Positions 1 through 7,700 of a DNA stretch of 17,223 bases are shown in pieces. The stretch is from Polyangiaceae bacterium (lineage in GTDB: Bacteria > Myxococcota_A > Polyangia > Polyangiales > Polyangiaceae), in the NCBI GenBank assembly GCA_044222475.1, contig JBGANF010000155.1:1-17223 (forward strand). Direction: 5' to 3'. Position 1 is the first letter of the stretch, and each line of letters begins with the position of its first letter. The position numbers and the translations under genes were made by a program. The notes beneath the pieces were generated by a model. The model had not been told where the DNA came from, searched no databases, and saw nothing but the letters and a program-made list of their open reading frames with translations.

Positions 1-106
1 TCAACGGAGCCGCCGTGTTTCACGGCGGATGACTTGCATCGTCTCCTCCGTGTTCATCGCAAGCTCCCTCGCTTCAACGGAGCCGCCGTGTTTCACGGCG
101 GATGAC
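1..106 (-). CRISPR. Leader-proximal end of a type I-G CRISPR array: partial repeat 1-33, 37-bp spacer 34-70, full 36-bp repeat 71-106; probably continues beyond the window start
   Basis: The two repeats are identical where they overlap. Minus-strand repeat GTCATCCGCCGTGAAACACGGCGGCTCCGTTGAAGC has an 8-bp stem (CCGCCGTG/CACGGCGG), an AAA loop and a ...TTGAAGC 3' end typical of I-G/I-U repeats. It lies just downstream of cas2. Confidence 0.95.
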
Positions 107-332
107 GTGTCGCTGAGATTCCTAATGATCTCACGCGACCGGAGCCGCCTTTGCGAGCGGGTCGCTCGGGCGGTGGTGTCGAAAGAACGGCACACGATGC
201 AGAGAGTCGCTGCCGATCGGAATACTTCGGATTTCAAAGACCAAACTCGCCTTGCGAGCGACCCCCAGACCCGGCGAGAGACATCGCCGCTCGCAGAGGA
301 GAATAGACGACTTTCGTCCGTCGAGCGCGACG
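107..332 (-). promoter_or_regulatory. CRISPR leader
   Basis: 226-bp non-coding gap between the cas2 stop and the first repeat, with AT-richer patches and repeated TGCGAGCG motifs (152-159, 253-260, inverted copy 288-295). Confidence 0.8.
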
Positions 333-623
333 TCATGCGATGACCGCCACACCTTCTTCGGCAAAGTACGGTTTCCCGATCGCCTCGATCGACGTTCGCC
401 CTCGACCATCGGCAGGACCGATGTCGACGAAGAGCACCTGGTCCTCGTCGTGATGTATCTCCTCGCTCAAACGCGCTTCGAGCTCCACTCGCTCCATGGC
501 GGAGAGCTCGCACTGAAACACCGACAACTGGAGATGGCGACCGTACCCACGAAGGAGGCGGTACACCTTGCGGAGCCTCTTCGGATCACAGATGTCGTAG
601 GTGACGATGAATGCTTGGCGCAT
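333..623 (-). CDS. cas2: CRISPR-associated endoribonuclease Cas2
   Basis: 96 aa with VTYDI...KRLRKV...G.HLQLSVFQC Cas2 signature; starts 3 nt after the cas4-cas1 stop and sits next to the array. Confidence 0.97.
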   Translation of the reverse strand: MRQAFIVTYDICDPKRLRKVYRLLRGYGRHLQLSVFQCELSAMERVELEARLSEEIHHDEDQVLFVDIGPADGRGRTSIEAIGKPYFAEEGVAVIA

Positions 624-626
624 CGA

Positions 627-2360
627 TCATCGCGGCCGAAGCTGCGGATACTCCGGGATCTCGCCGAGGAGAAAGCGTCCGAGCAGTCGCGCCTGAACCT
701 CAAGCACGCGGCGCCAACTGATCTTGTAGCCGAACGTGGGGTGGGTCACCTCCTGGTCCATCCTTCGCTCGTGAGCGAGCACGAACGCTCGTCTGCCAGC
801 CTGCGTCAGGGACACGCCGAACCCGTGGGTGATGAAGTCGCTCTCGGTGACGACCCCCGTGTTGAGCGACGTGACCACGACCGAGTCGGCGATGATCGGT
901 CGCAGCTCCTCCATCAAGTCCAGCGCGAGCGCCGGCCGTCCGAACCGCGGGCGATGATAGAACCCGAGCAGCGGATCGAGCCCGGCGTCGCCGAGCGCGC
1001 TGGCCACGTCTCGCGCGAGGAGCGAGTACGCCAGCGAAAGCAGTGCGTTCACCGGGTCTTTCGGCGGTCGACGGTTGCGGCCCTCGAGATCGAACTTCTC
1101 ACGCGCGGCTCCTCGCAACATCCCGGCGAACGCACCGAAGTAGGTGCGCGCGGCCGTTCCTTCGATTCCGAGAAGGGATTCCGCGCTCTCGACCTCGACG
1201 GCCTTGCGAGAGAGCTGCTGGAGCTCGAAGAGTACCGTCTCGGTGACGTCCGGGTTGTTCCGACGCAGCATGGTCCTCGAGTTCCAGATCTTCGCCTCGA
1301 CGAAGGCGCGCGCGAGTCGGAGACGCGTGGCGCCGTCGGTCGCGGCACGATGTTGGGCGATCTTGAGATCGATGTTGTTCGTCGCGAACCCCTCCGCGCG
1401 ACCTTGGAGCCACCCGCCCGCGGAGAGGAAGCTCACCCCGATTCCTCGTTCGAACAGGCGGCGCATCGCTTGCGAGCTAATCTGCGCGTTGCCGAAGAGC
1501 GAAACGTGCGAGGTGTTCGGCAGACGCGCACGCGTCGTCTCCTCCTTCCCTTTCACGACGAGCTCGTCCCCGTCGATGCCGACGCGGGCACCGTGCTCGG
1601 TGACGTAGAGCGGCAGACGATCGTCCCGCGCGGGGTGCAGCCGGCGAAGCGGCGCGTCTTCACGTGGAGGTTCCGGATCGTGGAGGTGGACCGTCTCGTC
1701 GGGGAGGCAGATGCCGACAAGCGAGCATCCGTTGCACTTGGGGCTGTCTCGCAGCGGCGGCGGCAGCTCGCGTGTCCGAGCGAGCTCGCGCGTTCGCGTC
1801 ACCGTGCGCTCGACGAGGTCGAGAAGATCGGCGTCGATCAAGACGGTGACGCGCTTTCGCGATCCGGCGAAGTAGATCTCCGCCGAATCGCACTCGTAGC
1901 CATGCTCGCGGAGGAGAAGCACGTGCGCCGCGAGTTGTGCGCGCTCGGGCAAGTACGCACCCTCGGGAAGATCGGGCGCTCGACCGCGTTTGTACTCGAT
2001 CGGTACCGCGACGCCGGACTCCTCGCCCTCGACGATATCGATCTTCGCGGTGATCCCGAGACGTTCGGACGAGAGCGAGACCGAGCGCGCCTGATAGGGG
2101 CGCTCGTCCTTGGACGTCGGAGCGGGGAGCTTGCCGCCGGGCGAGTCGGCGCGGGCGTGGATCGTCGCCCCTTCGAGGGTGAAGACGTTGTGCGCCCACT
2201 CGCCTTGCACCCACTCGAGGACCATGAGCCGCTCGCAGTAGAGCGCCTCGTTGATCATCCGGGCGGGCACGAGCGGCGGCGGGTCGAACGCGATCGGTAG
2301 CGACTTCGCACGGAGTGGAGGAGCAGGTTCTGGTGCAGGCTTGGTGGCTTCGTTGGGCAT
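627..2360 (-). CDS. cas1: Cas4-Cas1 fusion protein
   Basis: 577 aa. N-terminal Cas4 has YCER, KIDIVE, PIEYKRG and the Fe-S cysteines KCNGCSLVGIC. C-terminal Cas1 has LLGIEG, NRRPPKDPVNALLS, GFYH and LALDLMEELRP. The fusion is characteristic of type I-G. Confidence 0.97.
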   Translation of the reverse strand: MPNEATKPAPEPAPPLRAKSLPIAFDPPPLVPARMINEALYCERLMVLEWVQGEWAHNVFTLEGATIHARADSPGGKLPAPTSKDERPYQARSVSLSSERLGITAKIDIVEGEESGVAVPIEYKRGRAPDLPEGAYLPERAQLAAHVLLLREHGYECDSAEIYFAGSRKRVTVLIDADLLDLVERTVTRTRELARTRELPPPLRDSPKCNGCSLVGICLPDETVHLHDPEPPREDAPLRRLHPARDDRLPLYVTEHGARVGIDGDELVVKGKEETTRARLPNTSHVSLFGNAQISSQAMRRLFERGIGVSFLSAGGWLQGRAEGFATNNIDLKIAQHRAATDGATRLRLARAFVEAKIWNSRTMLRRNNPDVTETVLFELQQLSRKAVEVESAESLLGIEGTAARTYFGAFAGMLRGAAREKFDLEGRNRRPPKDPVNALLSLAYSLLARDVASALGDAGLDPLLGFYHRPRFGRPALALDLMEELRPIIADSVVVTSLNTGVVTESDFITHGFGVSLTQAGRRAFVLAHERRMDQEVTHPTFGYKISWRRVLEVQARLLGRFLLGEIPEYPQLRPR

Positions 2361-2435
2361 GCAACGTTCAGCATGCGTCGCCGACCGCGCGAACCGCTTC
2401 GTTCGGATACGCGCGACAGAACGCGTGTGCAGCCC

Positions 2436-2741
2436 TCAGAGGTCGGGGCCGCGCCCGCGAACTGTATGCCACACCGCAAGAACGTCCAGAGTCGTGTCAC
2501 GGACTCGGTAGTAGACGTGATAGCGGGACTGCGGGAGCAGCACGCGTCTTACGCCACCGAGACGTTGCGAGCGGGCCTCGGCGCCCAAGGTCGGCATCAG
2601 GGCGACGACGGCAAGCATCGATTCCAACTCGTTCGCGAAGAGGTTCGGCGCGGCGGGCCGATTCGTCCGCCACCACTCGTCGATCGTCTCGATCTCGCGA
2701 ACCGCTCGGCGCTGAATCGCGACGACGAGCGGCTCGCTCAT
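2436..2741 (-). CDS. RelE/ParE-family type II toxin
   Basis: 101 aa with ParE-like pattern (A..EI..I.EWW...P..G....GVRRVLL...YHVYYRV....V.VLAVWH..R); ATGA overlap with the upstream small gene. Confidence 0.85.
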   Translation of the reverse strand: MSEPLVVAIQRRAVREIETIDEWWRTNRPAAPNLFANELESMLAVVALMPTLGAEARSQRLGGVRRVLLPQSRYHVYYRVRDTTLDVLAVWHTVRGRGPDL

Positions 2742-2956
2742 CGCGGTCGATGAAGACGCTGAAGCACGGCCGCCGCCGGCTCCAGCTCACCGCGATCGGC
2801 CGAAGCGATCCTGCCCTCGAGCTCCTGCTCCGACGCGTCGTCGAGGATGAATGGGGCCTCGCTCCCGCCGCTCAAGACGACGACATCCGCCCCTTCGGGA
2901 AGCTCGACCTCGGTCTCGACGTGGCCGCGCCGGACGCGCCCTCTGACGATGCTCAT
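2738..2956 (-). CDS. Putative antitoxin (72 aa; beta-rich N-terminus, acidic C-terminal helix)
   Basis: Internal ATG at 2956 gives MSIVRGRVRRGHVETEVELPEGADVVVL...LDDASEQELEGRIASADRGE. Size, acidity and coupling to a ParE-like gene fit an addiction-module antitoxin. Start chosen from the promoter-like motif 7 nt upstream. Confidence 0.75.
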   Translation of the reverse strand: MSIVRGRVRRGHVETEVELPEGADVVVLSGGSEAPFILDDASEQELEGRIASADRGELEPAAAVLQRLHRPR

Positions 2957-2986
2957 CGAACGAACTCTAGCACGCCGCGCAGCTAG
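2957..2986 (-). promoter_or_regulatory. Putative extended -10 promoter and palindromic operator of the TA pair
   Basis: Minus strand TGC-TAGAGT (hexamer 2964-2969) lies 7 nt before the ATG and is overlapped by the inverted repeat CTAGC-N10-GCTAG (2967-2986). Confidence 0.5.
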
Positions 2987-3058
2987 GGTGGGGCGCGTCA
3001 TGGCGCGGAGGTGGCGCGCCACCGTGGACCGCAGAGACACTCGAAGATGTCGATGGGC

Positions 3059-4612
3059 TCATCCCTCCGGGACGAAAGTGCCCAGCCCGAAATGAGAGCC
3101 GTAGCCGATCGATATTGGTCCCTGGACCGGCTCGTCAAACGTGAGCCGCACTCCAAGCCCCCACGAAACCGGAGGTCGCTTGGTCTGGTCGGAGCGTTCT
3201 CGTCGGAAGTGGCGAAACCTGGCTCGCATCCCATCCACGATCTCGACCTTTGCGCCGCCGCCCCAGCGGTCCAGCTCTGCCAGCGCTTGCGCCTCGACCG
3301 TGTCCTTGCCCTTCGTTTTCGGATGCCGCGGCGGAACGAACGGTGTGCTGGAAACCCACGTCGTCGCTTTCCGAGTGTTCGGAACGAGCTTGGCAAAATC
3401 GGTCGCGTCGCCGAAGCCGACGAGCGTGACAAAGATTCGAGGAAGGTTCTTGGCGTACGTCGCGGTCACTTCCTCGAGCACTCGACGAGCTACGCGATCG
3501 AGCCCCATCGGAGCATGGACGAGAACGTGATCGATCCGGTCGCCGCGTCGCCCGAGCGCCAGCGGGATGAGCGTCGCGTGCTTGTGACCGCGCAGGACGA
3601 TGCCCCCGTCCTTTCCTGTAAGGGCGGGCGAGGTTTTCCCCAACGCACCTAGCTTGTACGCAAACGCCTGATGCAACGTCTCCATCCTGCGAACGGCGTC
3701 CGTCAGCGGAGGGAGAAGACCTCCCCTCACCGTGTCCGACGTGAGAGCGAGCAGCGCGGTTGTTGGGTCCCGGTCGAGACCGCGTTCGCTCCGCTGCGCT
3801 GCGGGTGCCGAGAGTGCGTTTGCCGGGCGCCAGTACGAGAGCCATCGCGAGCCTGGCGGCTGGCTCCACCCGAGAGCTTGGAGGTCGCGAGTGCTCACTT
3901 GCAGCGCCTCGACGATGTCGGGAGGGAACATGCCATCGAGCCGCTCCGCATCCTTCTTCGAGATGGCCTTCGGCGGTTTCTTCCCCTTCTCCACCGCCTT
4001 CGCCACTGCGTCTGCGAGGAGCGCCGCAGACTCGGATTCGACCGCCGCCGCTCGCCAAGGGTCGTAGCGGTCAGGGAGCTCGGGCGCCAGAAGCGGCACG
4101 CGGTCGAGCCCTGGGGAAGGGCAAACGTCCGAGGCGTCGCACTCGTGCAAGCACGAAGGCAGCTCGTCGATCCGCCGAGCAACGACCGCGCTCTCGGCCC
4201 TCCCGAGATAGGGAAGCGCGGCCAAGAGCTCATCGAGGAGTGCGAGCGACGACGGCGACAATGCGACGTCATACGCGATGACGAGTGGGTCCGTTCCGAC
4301 GTAGACGAACGTGTCGAAGACCTTCGTCGGATCCCCGTTGTACAGAGGCATGTAGTGCCGCGTGTGAGCGGCGTTGGCCGGCGGCAAGTAGTACGTCGGC
4401 GTGACGCTAGCGAGCGCAAGGAGAAGCTCCCTCGCAGCCGGCGGCACGTCAGTCCAACCCAGACGCGAATAGCCGACCGCGACGAGAGCGCGCAGAAACC
4501 GCCACGGGCTCGGAGGCCACTCGGTCCGACCTTCGTTGACGTGCGCTCCCCAAGGCGTGGCGTGGTAGCGACCCGTAGGGAAGTCGAAGCGAATCCGGAG
4601 CATCCGGCTCAC
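3059..4612 (-). CDS. csb2: Type I-G Cas5/Cas6 fusion Csb2
   Basis: GRYHATPW...EWPPSPWRFLRALVA N-terminus, YLGRAES, and C-terminal Gly-rich Cas6 loop GYGSHFGLGTF. Start taken as GTG 4612 (GTGA overlap with the cas7 stop); ATG 4603 is the alternative. Confidence 0.93.
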   Translation of the reverse strand: MSRMLRIRFDFPTGRYHATPWGAHVNEGRTEWPPSPWRFLRALVAVGYSRLGWTDVPPAARELLLALASVTPTYYLPPANAAHTRHYMPLYNGDPTKVFDTFVYVGTDPLVIAYDVALSPSSLALLDELLAALPYLGRAESAVVARRIDELPSCLHECDASDVCPSPGLDRVPLLAPELPDRYDPWRAAAVESESAALLADAVAKAVEKGKKPPKAISKKDAERLDGMFPPDIVEALQVSTRDLQALGWSQPPGSRWLSYWRPANALSAPAAQRSERGLDRDPTTALLALTSDTVRGGLLPPLTDAVRRMETLHQAFAYKLGALGKTSPALTGKDGGIVLRGHKHATLIPLALGRRGDRIDHVLVHAPMGLDRVARRVLEEVTATYAKNLPRIFVTLVGFGDATDFAKLVPNTRKATTWVSSTPFVPPRHPKTKGKDTVEAQALAELDRWGGGAKVEIVDGMRARFRHFRRERSDQTKRPPVSWGLGVRLTFDEPVQGPISIGYGSHFGLGTFVPEG

Positions 4613-5574
4613 GCCTTGTAGACGACGGTGGTCACGCCGTTCTTTCCACTGAACCGCGAAGCGCACTCACCGATGACGGCACCGAGCGCGCCGCGAATCG
4701 TCGCGAGGTCTGGAACGACGAAGCCGTCGGGGCGCTTCACGACGATCGGACCCGAGAGCTCCAGGTCGCACGCGGTGCGGAGACGGAGGTGGCCATCGAG
4801 GAGTCGTCGGATCTTGTAGAGCGCGAGCGTGACGAGAAGTCGCTCAACCTCGGGTCCAAGCCCGAACCCGTGAATCTCGGCTAGGTCGAGGTTGAAATAG
4901 GCAACGATGCTCTCCGCGGTGTATTCGTCGCGCTGAAACGGAACGTTACCGAATCCCTTGGCCGCATCACCGCTCGGGTCAACGTGATCGTTCTTCACTC
5001 CGCCTGACGCCGCAACGCGCACGCCTGCGGCCTCGATGAACGCCGACAATGCGCGCTCGATGCGAAGCCGACCGCCGACGAGATCCTTCTTCGCAAGGAA
5101 GAGGCCATGAAGGAGTGACCCGATGTCATATTTCAATACGAGCGCTGCGAGTTTTGCGCGCTCGATCTTTCCCTTGTCGAGAGCGTCGGCTTCTTTTTTC
5201 AACGTCTCGAAAAAAGTCTTGTCCTTGCTCTCGAGAATGTACGGCGCGTTGAGGCGATGAGCCTCGGTCACCGAGCTCGTGAGGAACTCGTTCTTATCGT
5301 CGACGACACGCACATAGGACAGACCGCGCAGCTCGCTCGCGAGATCGTGCTCGGTCGAGTCCCAGCAAACGCTCTCCAACCGATTCGCCATGCTCTGGTG
5401 ACTCTCCACCACGAGTCGCGTGCCGTCCTTGGTGTCGAACAGCGCTGCTCCGAGATCAGGGAACCCCGTCGGTTGAAAGCGCGCTCCCTGCACGGGCTTG
5501 AGCGGCGCTTCGACGAGGAGACGAGAAGGACGCGGCTCGTGCGCAGGAAGAAGCGTCGAGAGGTCGAGGGTCAT
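4609..5574 (-). CDS. cas7: Type I-G Cas7 (Csb1) backbone subunit
   Basis: 321 aa with FQPTGFPDLG, VESHQSMANRLE, EAHRLN and FGNVPF motifs; ATGA-coupled to csx17. Confidence 0.93.
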   Translation of the reverse strand: MTLDLSTLLPAHEPRPSRLLVEAPLKPVQGARFQPTGFPDLGAALFDTKDGTRLVVESHQSMANRLESVCWDSTEHDLASELRGLSYVRVVDDKNEFLTSSVTEAHRLNAPYILESKDKTFFETLKKEADALDKGKIERAKLAALVLKYDIGSLLHGLFLAKKDLVGGRLRIERALSAFIEAAGVRVAASGGVKNDHVDPSGDAAKGFGNVPFQRDEYTAESIVAYFNLDLAEIHGFGLGPEVERLLVTLALYKIRRLLDGHLRLRTACDLELSGPIVVKRPDGFVVPDLATIRGALGAVIGECASRFSGKNGVTTVVYKA

Positions 5575-7700
5575 GAGTTCTCCATGGTGGTGGTTTCGTA
5601 CGGCTGGACGACGGCGGCAAGCACGTGGCCGACGGCATGAGGCGAGATCGGAAAGGCAATGGACGCGAGGATTCGCTGCGCGATACGCGCGTCGCCGATC
5701 ACCTCACCGAGCTTCGGTCGCAATCCCATCGCGACCAGCCGAGACCGAGCGATTCTCCCGGCGTCGGCGAGACGGCCGGCGGACAAGAGGCGCAGCGTCT
5801 GAACGTCGACTCGCGGCCTCATGCCTTTCAACGCGCGAAGCGTCAACGCGCTCCCGTCAAGGCAGGCGGCCCGGAAGAGCGCGTAGAGCGGTAGAGCACG
5901 AGCCGGTCCCGGGTCGTTCGGCGATGGTTCGACAGCCATCAACCCTCGTGCGAGGTCGGCGATGCGGACGTCGTTCACGTCGCCGGAGACGAACGCGCTA
6001 ATATCGTCGAGGGATGCGAACGTCGTGCCCCAAAGTGGGATCCCATGCGTCTCTGCTTCGACTGCGCGACGGAGTACGACCGCTCCCAGATCGGAGACGA
6101 GATCGTGTCCTTTCCAAACGACGCGCGGGTCGTGTCGCAACCCGTCGCCGCCGGACGCGAATCGTCGATACCGCTTGGACGCGTCGAGCGGGAGGCAATG
6201 GGCTCGAATGGGATCGTCGACGTCGGTGCCGGGTGCGTGAGCCGACGCGAGGGAGGCCGCGAGTCGGAACTCGGGACTTCCGTCGTCAGCGGCCGCGACC
6301 CACTCGGATGTGAGCCGCGGCAAGGGTCTGAGGCCGCGCTCCGCGGTGAACCGACCCGAGCGCACGAAGAGATCTTCCGCTGCTCCCAATTGCGCGAGCA
6401 GAGCGCCGAACCGGACCGGGCCGCCATTCCCAGTCGCGATGTCGAACATCGCGCCCTGGATCCTTCCGAGCGCCACACCGAAGCTCGCAGGCGCATGCTT
6501 GTCGCGAGCCGCCCAGCCGAGCCGTTCCATCCAATCGTCGAGCTGGTCGAGGAGGCGCACGCCAGCAACGGAAGCCACGCGCACCTGCGCGAGCGGAACG
6601 GCGAGGTTGGAAAGCCCGTTCCGCACGATGAACGCGAACCGTACGAAGCTCCGAATCCCGCGCGCAACACCTTGTTGAGAGATCGCGCGAGCGGCATCGA
6701 GCGCTCCTTCGGTTCGCTTCGCTCCACGCACCATTCGCGCCTCGGCGAAGACGGTTGCGAGCTCGCTGAAGCGCGTCGGTCCGTCCCACAGCGGAAGCCA
6801 CTGTTCCCCGCGCCCTCCCTCATCGTCGGTAGCCGCGGCGCTGGCGTACGAGACCGGTAGCGCACGGATCGCATACGGAGCCGCCGCCTGCGGAAGCTCG
6901 CGGCCATCGAGACGCCGGAGCGAAGCCACGCGAAGCGCGATTGTCCCTTCGAGCATGAGAACGAAGTCCCAGGGATTGAGCTGACTCTGTCCATCGAACC
7001 CAGCGCCGCTATTGGCACCGCCGGCGCCACCAGGCAGAAATTGCCCGACCGCTGCGCTCTCGAGTCCCCGCACCGCCTCTCCAAATAGTGCGGAGTGCGC
7101 GAGCGGGCGGGCGCGTTCGAGCGCGCGGCCGCTGTGGAGATCGAGGATCTCGCCGAGGCGCTGCATCACGTTGTTCGTGAACTCGAGACGACCGTCGTTG
7201 CCGCCAGTGCCAAGGAGCGCGGGATACCGTCCCACCCCTTCGGTCGAGAGGCCGACGGCCGCGCCGAACCAGCGCAGCGCCTCTTCGTCCCAGGATCTCG
7301 CACACGCAGCAAGAAAGGCTGCCTTCTCGTCCTTCTCTGGACGTTCCGCGCGACCATCCACTTGCGACCGTGCCAACGCGATCGCTTCGCGATAGGGGCG
7401 AAAGCGATCGGCCGATGACGCTTCGATCAATGCAATCCCATCCTTCGCATCCTTGGGATAGAACCCGCTTCCGCCGTTCCACGGGGCGATGAACGGCGTG
7501 AGCGTGAACTCGTCGCAGATGAATCGGACGAGCTCATCAGAGTCGAGGGTTGTGACGAGGTGAAAGACTTCATCGCGCCAGAATGCGCGAGCGTCGGGGT
7601 CCTTCTGTTCGCACACGAGTCGGAAGACGCCGAGTGCCTTCAGGTAATGCGCGAGAGGCGTGGCTCCGCAGCCGCGGAGCGCGTGCAAGTGAAGCGTCAC
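5571..7700 (-). CDS. csx17: Type I-G large subunit Csx17 (Cas8g/Cas8u-type)
   Basis: 709 aa with PLAHYLKALG, PWNGGSGF, LLGTGGNDGRLEF, NPWDFVLMLEG and SPEFRLAASLAS motifs; lies between cas3 and cas7. Confidence 0.9.
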   Translation of the reverse strand: MTLHLHALRGCGATPLAHYLKALGVFRLVCEQKDPDARAFWRDEVFHLVTTLDSDELVRFICDEFTLTPFIAPWNGGSGFYPKDAKDGIALIEASSADRFRPYREAIALARSQVDGRAERPEKDEKAAFLAACARSWDEEALRWFGAAVGLSTEGVGRYPALLGTGGNDGRLEFTNNVMQRLGEILDLHSGRALERARPLAHSALFGEAVRGLESAAVGQFLPGGAGGANSGAGFDGQSQLNPWDFVLMLEGTIALRVASLRRLDGRELPQAAAPYAIRALPVSYASAAATDDEGGRGEQWLPLWDGPTRFSELATVFAEARMVRGAKRTEGALDAARAISQQGVARGIRSFVRFAFIVRNGLSNLAVPLAQVRVASVAGVRLLDQLDDWMERLGWAARDKHAPASFGVALGRIQGAMFDIATGNGGPVRFGALLAQLGAAEDLFVRSGRFTAERGLRPLPRLTSEWVAAADDGSPEFRLAASLASAHAPGTDVDDPIRAHCLPLDASKRYRRFASGGDGLRHDPRVVWKGHDLVSDLGAVVLRRAVEAETHGIPLWGTTFASLDDISAFVSGDVNDVRIADLARGLMAVEPSPNDPGPARALPLYALFRAACLDGSALTLRALKGMRPRVDVQTLRLLSAGRLADAGRIARSRLVAMGLRPKLGEVIGDARIAQRILASIAFPISPHAVGHVLAAVVQPYETTTMENS

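Noticed and set aside
140..149. CGGAGCCGCC in the leader matching 10 nt of the CRISPR repeat (possible degenerate third repeat)
   Set aside because: It is 62 bp from the equivalent position in the repeat rather than the 73-bp period, and the flanks do not match.
1915..1940. Cas4 QxxxY motif appears as QLAAH
   Set aside because: This position varies in Cas4-Cas1 fusions, and the catalytic D/ExK residues and four Fe-S cysteines are intact, so it is not evidence of inactivation.
252..2300. Long alternative ORFs (252-2300 +, 11310-12851 -, 13104-14870 -, 12812-13873 + and similar)
   Set aside because: Antisense or off-frame shadows of well-supported genes in high-GC DNA, with no recognisable motifs.
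2361..2435. Possible CreA/scaRNA-like mini-array in the gaps around the TA pair
   Set aside because: No recognisable repeat remnant (GTCATCC..., ...TTGAAGC) by eye here or in 2957-3058; only short GC-rich palindromes such as two GCATGC sites.
4424..4435. AAGCTCCCTCGC in csb2 matching the spacer/repeat junction (possible self-targeting)
   Set aside because: Only 12 nt, two of them from the repeat; the rest of the spacer does not align.
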